Source: an uncultured Spirochaetaceae bacterium | GTDB taxonomy: Bacteria; Spirochaetota; Spirochaetia; Treponematales; Treponemataceae | Assembly: GCA_902797305.1 (NCBI GenBank) | Contig: CADBSK010000138.1 | Location: 18,185 to 82,184, forward strand | Reading direction: 5' to 3' | DNA length: 64,000 bases | Shown: positions 38,998-48,289 of the stretch, one piece after another | Position numbering within the stretch: the stretch's first letter is position 1 | Layout: the number at the start of each line of letters is the position of its first letter | Notes under the pieces: model-generated | Seen by the model: only the letters and a program-made list of their open reading frames with translations | The model's database searches: none | What the model was told of the DNA's origin: nothing | Position numbers and translations under genes: made by a program

Positions 38998-40209
38998 TTA
39001 TATTTCAAAATAGTTTTGTTTTCTTTTTAATAATTTATATGAATTCTCTATTCTTTCAGTGAAATCACAGCTTTTTTTATTATCATGAACACACCCCCCA
39101 TTACATTGATTCTTAATACAACATTTATCACATTTTTTATTTGAATACGAATCAGAAGTCAAATAAAAGTATTCAACTTCAGGGTTTATATTTTTCATTT
39201 TTTTCAAATCAAAAACTGATTTTTCAGCTTGCCCTAAATCATTCCAGCATTTTAGCATGTTACCATACCAATCAACTATATAAGTCTGTGCTTTTTGCGC
39301 ACTACACATAAAACAACTAGAAACTTTTTTCAAATAGTCCCTTTCATAAAAATTAAGTTGATTATCATATTTTAGTATTTCGAGGAATGATTCTTCATCC
39401 GATACTTCATTACTAATCTTATTCTGACAAGAAAAGAGATCAGTTTCTTTGGTAATATCCACCTTAAAAAAACTCCCATATCTTTGCAGGAAATAATTTC
39501 TCAGCTTTTGAATATCTTTAATATTGTTATCATTGACCTCAAATAAAATAGTAATAACGGGCGTATAAAAATTTGTCTTAAAGAAATTAAAAATTAATTC
39601 GCACTTATCCAAAAGTTTAATTAACTCAGATTTATTAGAAAAAATTGTTGCATGTATTAAAAATTGTAGATTATTTACACGCAAATCTTTAGTTATTCTT
39701 AATTCGCCTTCGCTTAATCCTAAGGTATTAGTTATAATTCCGTTATATACAATAATTCTTTTTGACTCTAATTCTTTTGTTAATTTTTCAATTAATAACG
39801 CTGTCTTATCAAAGTCTAATATATTCCAGTAGAATCTTATAATTTTTTGATTTTTTCGTTCACAAAATAGAACAAGTCTATCTAAGAACTCCTCACTAAT
39901 AATTATTCCACTTTTATTTTCAGGACAAACATAAATAGTTAAAACACTACTAAGCTGTTTTTTTAGCATTCGATAATTTCTGATTCTCTCAAAATCATCA
40001 GTTGTTTTATCTGATACAACTTCTATATTTTGTAGTTTTTCTAATAAACTATGATTTAAGTCTTCCTTTGAAGCTATAAAGTTTTCGATATTATTTCTTT
40101 CATCTTCAGTTATCTCAATAAATACACCCGTCTCTCCGGCATATAACACCCAAGACTTGTCCGAAGCAAATACTTTATTATGTTTATTCCACCAATATTT
40201 CGCACTCAT
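38998..40209 (-). CDS. Pseudo-radical SAM protein: RRE-like N-terminus, no CxxxCxxC, retained SPASM
   Basis: LTIYVCPENKSG sits where CxxxCxxC is expected; C-terminal CSA..YIVDWYGNMLKCW..KCDKCCIKNQCNGGC..C. Confidence 0.72.
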   Translation of the reverse strand: MSAKYWWNKHNKVFASDKSWVLYAGETGVFIEITEDERNNIENFIASKEDLNHSLLEKLQNIEVVSDKTTDDFERIRNYRMLKKQLSSVLTIYVCPENKSGIIISEEFLDRLVLFCERKNQKIIRFYWNILDFDKTALLIEKLTKELESKRIIVYNGIITNTLGLSEGELRITKDLRVNNLQFLIHATIFSNKSELIKLLDKCELIFNFFKTNFYTPVITILFEVNDNNIKDIQKLRNYFLQRYGSFFKVDITKETDLFSCQNKISNEVSDEESFLEILKYDNQLNFYERDYLKKVSSCFMCSAQKAQTYIVDWYGNMLKCWNDLGQAEKSVFDLKKMKNINPEVEYFYLTSDSYSNKKCDKCCIKNQCNGGCVHDNKKSCDFTERIENSYKLLKRKQNYFEI

Positions 40210-41671
40210 TTTCTAACTCTCTCTTCATGTATAAACTTGTAAATATATTATTTGAAAATCCAAGTATATAATCTTGTTCTGTTTTATAATAAGAATCAAT
40301 TTTTAATTCAGGACTATTTATCCAGAATTTTTCATACAAATCCTCATCAAAACTTGAAATCTTTGATAATTTTACAGGTATTTCAGAAATATCAATATCT
40401 TTATAGATATTTTGACCATAAGGCCATGCCGTTTTTTCATTTAATTTTCTATCATATAATGGAATTATCGAAGATATTTTTTCTACAAAAATATCAAAGA
40501 TCTTTTTATTTATCTGATTCGATTGTTCAGAAGTTATTATTTTCATTTCAACTGCACATAGCAAGCATGCATGAACAAGACTTCCGATAAATTGTGCAAA
40601 GAAATTTTTACCACTTTCTTCTCTTGCTGATAAATTAGAGTATAAAGAAGTTCTATCTAACCTATTCCTACAATATTCTTTCCAATCTTCCGGAAACAAA
40701 AATGGAAAACGCGCACGATCTAAGCTAGTTATATCAAAATCTCGATATACAACACGCCCTGTAAATTTCCAGTCCTTTGAAATTTCAATTAAAGTATTCT
40801 GACAATGACATTCAAGAGATATACCAAATCGAGAAAAAATCTCAAAAAACTTTTCAAAAATTGGCATTATAAAATCATTTATAAAAAAATCCTCAAATTC
40901 TTTACCTGAAGCCAAATATATTTTTTGAAAATAACAATCATTTTTGTCAACAACAGAAGTTAACGATACAATACTATAAATTGCAGTTCCTTCATTATCA
41001 TCAAAAATATTATCAAGACGTCTGATTACATTACCAAAACTTTTAATCTTATTAGGACCATAAGTGATATTATACTTTTTAGAAAAATGAATTGGATAAT
41101 CACCTGTTATTCCAAAAGCACCAATATCTTTTAATATAGAAAAATCATCTATCTTACTAACAATGTTTGCAGTACATTTTGAAAAGAAAAACTGACCATC
41201 TGCAGAAGTCCAGTCAATCTGGCGGGCACCATTAGCAACATTACCAAAAATGGAAACCTTAACAATAAAATATTCACTTGTATAAATATTTTTTACAACT
41301 AAAGATCTATAAGATGACGTTGGTGTAGCCTCAAATATAGATTTCTCTGGAGATATAAATTCATACTTATCCGCAATCCAATCTGTAAATATTTTTTCTG
41401 AAGTTGGATGAACAAAAAATGGATAATAAACAGAACCTTTTCGCTCTATAAAAATATGCTTCTCAAAAAATCCTTTTTGAGTTTCATCAATTTGTATTTT
41501 ATCTTTGCCAAAAGGGATCAAAAAATATCCAATTTTAAATACATTTTGACTTGATGGTTTATATTCTTCTGGAATATCCAATATAAATGAAATAGAATTG
41601 TCATTCTTATAAAGAGAATAATTATTTTTTACTTGCTCTGAATAAATAAACTTTTCTAATTTAACTCTCAT
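40184..41671 (-). CDS. IucA/IucC (NRPS-independent siderophore synthetase)-like protein
   Basis: FFVHP, ATPTSSYRSL, VKVSI..VANGAR, GISLECHCQNTLI, VVYRDFD resemble NIS synthetase motifs. Confidence 0.72.
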   Translation of the reverse strand: MRVKLEKFIYSEQVKNNYSLYKNDNSISFILDIPEEYKPSSQNVFKIGYFLIPFGKDKIQIDETQKGFFEKHIFIERKGSVYYPFFVHPTSEKIFTDWIADKYEFISPEKSIFEATPTSSYRSLVVKNIYTSEYFIVKVSIFGNVANGARQIDWTSADGQFFFSKCTANIVSKIDDFSILKDIGAFGITGDYPIHFSKKYNITYGPNKIKSFGNVIRRLDNIFDDNEGTAIYSIVSLTSVVDKNDCYFQKIYLASGKEFEDFFINDFIMPIFEKFFEIFSRFGISLECHCQNTLIEISKDWKFTGRVVYRDFDITSLDRARFPFLFPEDWKEYCRNRLDRTSLYSNLSAREESGKNFFAQFIGSLVHACLLCAVEMKIITSEQSNQINKKIFDIFVEKISSIIPLYDRKLNEKTAWPYGQNIYKDIDISEIPVKLSKISSFDEDLYEKFWINSPELKIDSYYKTEQDYILGFSNNIFTSLYMKRELENECEILVE

Positions 41672-41705
41672 CTTATACTACTTTAAAATAATCTACTTTA
41701 TATTA

Positions 41706-41737
41706 AATATGATATAAGACTATATCATATTCGTCAA
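41706..41737 (-). promoter_or_regulatory. Sigma70-type promoter of the RiPP operon overlapped by an 11-bp inverted repeat (candidate operator)
   Basis: Minus strand TTGACG(41737-41732)-N17-TATCAT(41714-41709); AATATGATATA-agac-TATATCATATT at 41706-41731. Confidence 0.62.
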
Positions 41738-41750
41738 TAACAATTATTAT

Positions 41751-41926
41751 AAAAATATACCTAAATTTATAGAAAAAATTGCAGAAGCTCTTGAAATAGA
41801 TCCTATTTTATTATTTAAAGATTCAAATACAAATGCAAAACTCAAAAAAAACAAAAAAAAATAACAAACGAATTAACAAACATTCTTGAAAAAGATATCG
41901 AGAGAGTTTTGTATAATTACTTATAA
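41751..41926 (+). pseudogene. Remnant of an XRE/HTH transcriptional regulator (C-terminal half, no start, frameshift in A-run)
   Basis: Translates KNIPKFIEKIAEALEIDPILLFKDS.., resembling the last helices of XRE proteins; upstream in-frame stop and no ATG. Confidence 0.5.
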
Positions 41927-42114
41927 AAAAAACTACCCCAGCACATCACACTCCGCGTAGAAATCTCCGCGATAAAGTTTCCAGTCAAGCTCTGCCCAGT
42001 CATCTTCATTAGACGGACTGGGCTCGGAGTCTTGTATAGAATATTCTCGGCGAGGCTCATCATAGGGACCGTAGCCGTATTTGTCAGCAAAACTACAATC
42101 ATTTTTCTGGCTTT

Positions 42115-43704
42115 CTAATTAGTCTTTTTCCAGATATTAAAGTTTGTTCCACTTGTAAACAGCTCATATGAAGAAGCGTTCTGATTAGCGCTCATATCGT
42201 AAGTTGCACCGAGATTTACGACAAGGCTACCATTTGTGCCAGTAACTTCTGCAAGATACATTGAAGAATCAGTTTCACCCCAAATTGTTACAGCACTTGT
42301 ATCACTGATGCCAATTTCTTTACGAAGCTCTATAAGTTTTTTTATGTAATTACGATAAGTCATGCTGGTTCCAGGAACGGTATTACCACCAATGTACTGA
42401 CTTGCATTATTACTTACGGTTGTGTCATAACTTTCTTGAGCGGTAAAATAATGCTGCCATGCAACACATGGAACGCCAGGATGAGTCATAATAAAGGCAT
42501 AAGCTGTACCAACATCCTCAGGATCCAGATACCAAAGCGCTTGAGTCGAACCTGTATCGTGATTATCAACAAAAGTTACTACACTTTCTGGCATTTTTAT
42601 ATAACCGCAGTATTCATTTTTAAGAAGATCGTAATTATTGTTACTAACTCCAGAAGCACTGCAACCAAAAACTGTGTTCAACATACCTTTTGTAACAAAG
42701 TCAAATACTCGTGAACCACTTGGAGTATAAGTACGCCCATCAATTTTATTATCTTCACTTGAAGTAGCTTGAACCCAGGCTTCAAACTGATCACTCCATG
42801 CTTTAGGATTTTCAGAAGAAAAACCATCTGTCGGCCAGTGTTCACCTACAGAAAATTCTGCTTCTGTCTTTGCATTGTAATACCCAATATAGCGGCCATT
42901 AAATCCCTTTACAAAATCATAACGCCACCCCACAAATCCGCAGGCCTTAAGCTTGTCTGTCATCCAGGTTACAATACCATCCTGAACATCAAAATTGGTG
43001 TGATCAAGATCTCGTGCAGAAGTATAATTTTCTCCAGTATCAGCATTTCCCTTATTTGACGAACCGTACATATCGCTTGAACTATCTGTAAAGCCTTCAT
43101 CATCTGAACAGATTGCATAATAATCTGCACAGAAAGAAGGATTTGTAAAAGTTCCCCAGTTACTTGTTCCTACACGATGATTAATTACAATATCGCAAAT
43201 GGCTTTTGCCGGACTAATACTAGAAATTGCAGTTTTAAGTTCATCAGGAGTTCCATAGAATGAATATAAATTGTTAAGTTCTCGAGGCATATAACCATTA
43301 TCAGAACCACTATCCTCTGCAGGAGGAAACCATACATATGTAAAAGTATCTTTAATTTCTGATGCATTCGCCGTTACAACATCATACCAGTCTTTGCTAC
43401 CAGATGGAGAATTATTGTCATAGGTTCCCTTTATCCAGTTAGCCTCTGCTTCATCCCCATAATATCTGTCATGAAAATTAGAAGACCAATTAAATCCCTG
43501 GAGCAGAACTATTGTATCTGTAGTATCAGTTGTATCAGTAGTATCACCTGTATCTGTAGTATCACCATTATCAGTTGTATCACCTGTATCAGTTGTATCT
43601 GTTGTTTGGTCTGTTCCTGTAGAATTGGGATTCTGTGTATCTCCTACACAACCCGCAAAAATAAAAGCTAATGAACACAGCAGAGTCAAAATAATCTTCT
43701 TCAT
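42115..43704 (-). CDS. GH13 alpha-amylase lipoprotein with Asp/Thr repeat tether
   Basis: Lipobox FAGC; LLQGFNW, DIVINHR, GWRYDFVKG, VGEHW, FVDNHDTG. Confidence 0.88.
   Translation of the reverse strand: MKKIILTLLCSLAFIFAGCVGDTQNPNSTGTDQTTDTTDTGDTTDNGDTTDTGDTTDTTDTTDTIVLLQGFNWSSNFHDRYYGDEAEANWIKGTYDNNSPSGSKDWYDVVTANASEIKDTFTYVWFPPAEDSGSDNGYMPRELNNLYSFYGTPDELKTAISSISPAKAICDIVINHRVGTSNWGTFTNPSFCADYYAICSDDEGFTDSSSDMYGSSNKGNADTGENYTSARDLDHTNFDVQDGIVTWMTDKLKACGFVGWRYDFVKGFNGRYIGYYNAKTEAEFSVGEHWPTDGFSSENPKAWSDQFEAWVQATSSEDNKIDGRTYTPSGSRVFDFVTKGMLNTVFGCSASGVSNNNYDLLKNEYCGYIKMPESVVTFVDNHDTGSTQALWYLDPEDVGTAYAFIMTHPGVPCVAWQHYFTAQESYDTTVSNNASQYIGGNTVPGTSMTYRNYIKKLIELRKEIGISDTSAVTIWGETDSSMYLAEVTGTNGSLVVNLGATYDMSANQNASSYELFTSGTNFNIWKKTN
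43513..43606 (-). repeat. Coding tandem 9-bp repeats encoding a DTT/DTG/DNG linker
   Basis: TTDTTDTGDTTDNGDTTDTGDTTDTTDTTDT. Confidence 0.8.
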
Positions 43705-43845
43705 ACTTCCTCCAAATTAAAGAATATGAGACTACAACTATTTTAGACTATTTTTAATTTGTGTAAAGAAAAAAGCGGCTTAAAGGATTACTTCTAAAAT
43801 GCATCCCTAAACCGCCTTTAATATTATTCAGTCTTTTATTCTAAT

Positions 43846-44139
43846 TTACAGTTCTGCTTCCTGTACACAGAAAAAAGAAATTCCTTCTCTTGGAAACTTT
43901 AGCTGTACTTCTTCTACAGCCTTTTTTATTTTTTGTGCAACCGGCTTTTCTACGTAACAGAAAAATAAAAAGTTCTGTTCCGGCCAGGTAGAAGTTCCTA
44001 ATTTTTTTGCACGACGACCTTTTCCGTGAACGGTTGGTAACAGTGTGTATTCCAAATCAGGAATTGTTTCCTCTAAAAGTTCGATAATGTCTTCTTCTAC
44101 AGACTGATTCGAAATTATTTCGACTCTATATTTTTCCAT
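43846..44139 (-). CDS. P-II-like small protein associated with RND transporters (PG0541-like)
   Basis: YTLLPTVHGKGRRAKKLGTSTWPEQN; overlaps the RND permease stop. Confidence 0.7.
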   Translation of the reverse strand: MEKYRVEIISNQSVEEDIIELLEETIPDLEYTLLPTVHGKGRRAKKLGTSTWPEQNFLFFCYVEKPVAQKIKKAVEEVQLKFPREGISFFCVQEAEL

Positions 44140-47100
44140 TACTCACCACCTTCTTCTTTTTCTTCTGTACCTTCAAGTGCAAGCTGCAGCTTAGATTTAG
44201 GGCTACGCTTTTTCATTACAATACTGTACAAAACAGGAATAACAAGCAAAGTAACAAAGGTAGAAGATGTTAAACCACCAACAACTGCAACACCAATTGG
44301 CTGAACCATGGCACTCTGTCCTTCACTTGTAAAGCACATAGGAAGCATACCCAAAATTGTTGTAAGAGTTGTCATCAATACAGGTCTAAGACGGCTTGCA
44401 CCCGCCTCAAGACATGCATCAAACATATCAAGACCTCTGTCTCTTAATAGGTTTGTATAGTCAACCAGAAGAATACCGTTATTAACTACGATACCTACAA
44501 GCATAATCATTCCGACCATAGACATAATCGAAAGCGGTTGTCCCAAAAGTTTATAGATGAATACAACCCCAATTATAAGGAATGGAATTGTTGCAAGGTT
44601 GATCAATGGCGCCTTAAAGGATTCATAAGTTGCAGCCATAACACCAAATACCAGAATTATAGCCATGATGATGATAGAAACATAAAGAACCATCTGTTCC
44701 TGTGTATCCTGCCATGAACCTTCAAAGGAAACGCTTACATTGTCAGGAACGATGTAACTTTCTGCAACCTTTTCTTTGATAGCCTGTTCTACAAGGTTTG
44801 CATTATCCTTAGAAAGAATACTTGCTGTAACATGAACGATTCGGCTCTGATTTTCACGTTTAATAGAAACCGGACCTAAGCCTCGTCTAATACTTGCAAC
44901 ATTACTTAAAGCAACTTTTCCATTTGTTCCAAGGACATACATAGTTTCAAGATCTACAACATTCTGTCTGTCTTCTGGACGGTACATTACTTCTACGCTG
45001 TATTCCTTTCCGTCTTTACGGTATGTTGTCGCTGTTACACCATTAATAGCATAGTTAATTTCTTTTGCAACCGTTGTAATATCTACACCAAAGTTATAGG
45101 CTCGTTCTCGATCTACCACAACTTCTACCTGAGGAAGCCCCCTTTCAGTATCAATTGTCGTATCACCGATTACTGCTATCTGATCCATTGCAGCTGCATA
45201 GGCATCGGCAACTTCCAGAGCCTTATCAAGGTCATCAGAACGAATTGCAATATCAAGATCTGAACCCATCATTTGACCACGGAAGCCCGCCTGGAAACTG
45301 AACTTTGCGCCGGCAAAATCGTTAAAATGAGTTCTAAGCATTGCCTGAATCTCACTTGCGCTCTCTACCTGCTCACTTGTTTCTGGCAAAGTTATTTCTA
45401 CCGATGCTTTATATGAACTTGCACCACTACGACCAGAAGAACCGATTGTAGTTGTCAGATTTTTGTATGTAGTAACATTTTCTCTTAAGATATCTTCAAA
45501 AGCCAGGGCAACGTTCTTAGTTTCGCTAAGAGGAGTTCCAATTGGCATTGTAATGTTTAAGGTTACGCTGTCATCGTTTCCGGCTGGCATCATGTTCAAC
45601 CCTAATGTTGGAAGCATAACAATCGAAATTACAAGAATACAAACTGCAATCACGAGTGTTATAGCCTTATTTTCAAGGGCAGCTTTTAAAATCTTTCTGT
45701 ACACTTTTGTGATAGCCTGAATGCCTTTTTCAAAACTGCCATAAAGGAACTTTAACACTGGATTTGTAACAGGTTTTTCTGCACGATTAGAAAGAGGAAG
45801 GAATTTTCCGGCAAGAACAGGAACAAGGAAAATCGCAACCAGCAAAGAAGAAATCAAAGCAATTACAATTGTAAAGATAATTCCCTTAAACATCTGTCCC
45901 ATCATACCAAGCTGCTTCATATAAAGAAGGAATGGAATGAATACACAGATGGTTGTAAGGTTTCCGGATATTACAGAAGTTACCATTTCTTGAGAACCGA
46001 GAATCGCAGAAATCTTTGGTTTTGCACCGCGGCTTCGATAGCTGTAGATATTATCAATCATAACGATGGACGCATCTACAATCATACCAACTCCGAGAAT
46101 TAAACCGGTAAGAGTCATCATATTAAGGGTAAGGCCAGCAAAATTCATACACAACAGTGTAATTATCATTGATAAAGGAATTGAAATAGCAATGATGATT
46201 GTGGACTTAAAGTTTTGTAAGAAAATAAAGAGTACGATAACCGCAAGAATTAAACCCTGCCATGCAGAATCTAAAAGGGTTTTAATTGTGTCGCGAATCG
46301 ATTCTGTAGAGTCAGAGATAATTTCCATTGTAATATCAGATGGAAGAGTTCTTTTTAACTGATCCATTTTTTCGTAGACATTATTAGCTACAGTTACAGA
46401 GTTAGAACCTGACTGCTTGGTTACAGACACATAAACTCCATGTTCACCGTTGATAAATACCTCTCGGGTTGCGTCCTCATAGCCCAAAAAAGCTCTACCA
46501 ATATCACTGAGTTTTATGTCATAGCCGTTTTTAGTGGCAATTACTGTATTGTTAATATCTTCTATGCTTGAAAACTCACCGGTAGTACGAACTACATAAT
46601 CTTTTTGACCTTCGTTAAGTTTACCGCCGCCAAGTTCGAGATTTTGTTTAGCAAGAGCTGCAGAAACCTGAGTTACGGTAAATCCGTAGGCTGCAAGACG
46701 GTTCTGTTCAAGTTCAACGCGAACACATTTTGTTTTACCACCGTTTACACTTGCTTCTGCAACACCATCTGCCTGTTCAAGAATATCAACGATTGAATCT
46801 TCTGCAATCTGTTTAATATCGTCTACAGATCTGTTTCCTCGAACTGCAATACGCATAATCGGCATTGAGTCTGCACTCATTCTGAATATTGTTGGTGAAC
46901 CCGCATTATCAGGAAGATTTCGGGTTACACGTCCTAGTTTATCCCGGACATCATTTACGGCAGATTCAATATCCGTTCCGTAATTAAATTCGAGAGTAAT
47001 AAGAGAAGTACTTTCAGAAGAAGTAGATGTTAAATTTTTAAGACCATTAACGCTGACTAAAGCCGGTTCCAGAATCTTTGTAACAGTTTTTTCAACCGCT

Positions 47101-47270
47101 TCTGGACCTGCATTTGTATAGGTTGTCATAACCATTACATAGGGAGAATCAACTTCCGGAAAAAGACCAATCGCTACATTTTTTAAGGTGAATAAACCTA
47201 CTGCGGCAAGCAGAGTAAAAACAATTAAAACTAAAACAGGATGGTCAAGGATTTTTCTTGATAAGGTCAT
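44139..47270 (-). CDS. RND efflux permease (AcrB/HAE1 family)
   Basis: GMIVDASIVMIDNI, GIVVNNGILLVD, RLRPVLMTTLTTILGMLP; 1043 aa. Confidence 0.93.
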   Translation of the reverse strand: MTLSRKILDHPVLVLIVFTLLAAVGLFTLKNVAIGLFPEVDSPYVMVMTTYTNAGPEAVEKTVTKILEPALVSVNGLKNLTSTSSESTSLITLEFNYGTDIESAVNDVRDKLGRVTRNLPDNAGSPTIFRMSADSMPIMRIAVRGNRSVDDIKQIAEDSIVDILEQADGVAEASVNGGKTKCVRVELEQNRLAAYGFTVTQVSAALAKQNLELGGGKLNEGQKDYVVRTTGEFSSIEDINNTVIATKNGYDIKLSDIGRAFLGYEDATREVFINGEHGVYVSVTKQSGSNSVTVANNVYEKMDQLKRTLPSDITMEIISDSTESIRDTIKTLLDSAWQGLILAVIVLFIFLQNFKSTIIIAISIPLSMIITLLCMNFAGLTLNMMTLTGLILGVGMIVDASIVMIDNIYSYRSRGAKPKISAILGSQEMVTSVISGNLTTICVFIPFLLYMKQLGMMGQMFKGIIFTIVIALISSLLVAIFLVPVLAGKFLPLSNRAEKPVTNPVLKFLYGSFEKGIQAITKVYRKILKAALENKAITLVIAVCILVISIVMLPTLGLNMMPAGNDDSVTLNITMPIGTPLSETKNVALAFEDILRENVTTYKNLTTTIGSSGRSGASSYKASVEITLPETSEQVESASEIQAMLRTHFNDFAGAKFSFQAGFRGQMMGSDLDIAIRSDDLDKALEVADAYAAAMDQIAVIGDTTIDTERGLPQVEVVVDRERAYNFGVDITTVAKEINYAINGVTATTYRKDGKEYSVEVMYRPEDRQNVVDLETMYVLGTNGKVALSNVASIRRGLGPVSIKRENQSRIVHVTASILSKDNANLVEQAIKEKVAESYIVPDNVSVSFEGSWQDTQEQMVLYVSIIIMAIILVFGVMAATYESFKAPLINLATIPFLIIGVVFIYKLLGQPLSIMSMVGMIMLVGIVVNNGILLVDYTNLLRDRGLDMFDACLEAGASRLRPVLMTTLTTILGMLPMCFTSEGQSAMVQPIGVAVVGGLTSSTFVTLLVIPVLYSIVMKKRSPKSKLQLALEGTEEKEEGGE

Positions 47271-47273
47271 TGG

Positions 47274-48272
47274 CTACTCCTTAACTTCTTTTGTTTTTTC
47301 TTCAGCAGGTGGTGTTTCAACAGGTTTTGTCTCAACCGGTTTTGGATTAGCTACATCATTTACATTTGCACCGTCGCTAAGAGAAAGCATTCCTTCTATA
47401 ACAACCCTTTCTCCTGGCATAAGATTATCTGTAATCTGAATATATGAATCTACTGACTTACCAAGTTCAACAGTTCTCTTAGAAACTGTATAATCATCAT
47501 TTACTACATAAAGATAAGATTTATCGTCATCCTGAACTACGGCATCTTTTGCCACAACGAGTTTACCTGCATAATCAGTTGTATAAAGCTTTACCTTTGC
47601 AAACATACCTGCGTTTACGCGGCTGTCTTTTTTATCAAAGTTCAATATAACTTCCTTTGTACGACTAGTTTTATCTACAACCGGGCTTACACGACTTACA
47701 GTTGCATTAAACACTATTCCCGGATAAGCCTCAAGACCGACTTCTGCTTTTAAGCCTGTTTTTAATTCTGCAATATAGCGTTCAGGAACAGATGCTGTTA
47801 TCTGAAGGTTTTCTATATCGCCAATCATTGTTACTGCAGTAGATGTACTTACTTTTGTACCTACTTTTAGAGGTGTAGAAACGATACTTCCACTTATTGG
47901 AGCAAGAACAGGGCTTTTTGCGTAGTTGGAACCAGGTTCACTTGGGTCGACATAGGCAATTACATCACCCTTGTTTACATGAGAACCTAGCATTACATTT
48001 ACATTACTGATTTTACCACTCATAGAAGGATAAACTTCTACTGCACTCTGACTTTCTACTTCGCCATTTGTCAGAACATAATCCTTTAATGTCTGAACGA
48101 CTGCTTCCTGAGAGCGAACTGTTACAACAGTTGTTCCGGCAGGGCCTTTACCTTTACCAAACATTCCAGAAGTATCTTTTTTGCTAGTTACTTTAATTAA
48201 ACCGATTACTAATATTGTTACCAGCAAAGCAGAACCAATAATTATCAAGTTTCGTTTTTTATTTTTCATCAT
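47274..48272 (-). CDS. RND periplasmic adaptor (membrane fusion protein)
   Basis: VNKGDVIA, APISG, SPVVDKTSRT, GMFAKV. Confidence 0.9.
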   Translation of the reverse strand: MMKNKKRNLIIIGSALLVTILVIGLIKVTSKKDTSGMFGKGKGPAGTTVVTVRSQEAVVQTLKDYVLTNGEVESQSAVEVYPSMSGKISNVNVMLGSHVNKGDVIAYVDPSEPGSNYAKSPVLAPISGSIVSTPLKVGTKVSTSTAVTMIGDIENLQITASVPERYIAELKTGLKAEVGLEAYPGIVFNATVSRVSPVVDKTSRTKEVILNFDKKDSRVNAGMFAKVKLYTTDYAGKLVVAKDAVVQDDDKSYLYVVNDDYTVSKRTVELGKSVDSYIQITDNLMPGERVVIEGMLSLSDGANVNDVANPKPVETKPVETPPAEEKTKEVKE

Positions 48273-48289
48273 TTTCTCCAGTTAAAAGT

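Noticed and set aside
40184-41671. Ordinary siderophore biosynthesis cluster
   Set aside because: No hydroxylase, acyltransferase, decarboxylase or receptor is nearby, and the gene overlaps RiPP maturase genes.
41917-42102. 61 aa ORF as a seventh precursor
   Set aside because: It has no GG leader or clear RBS and lies upstream of the operon promoter. The YGYG in another frame lacks a start and leader.
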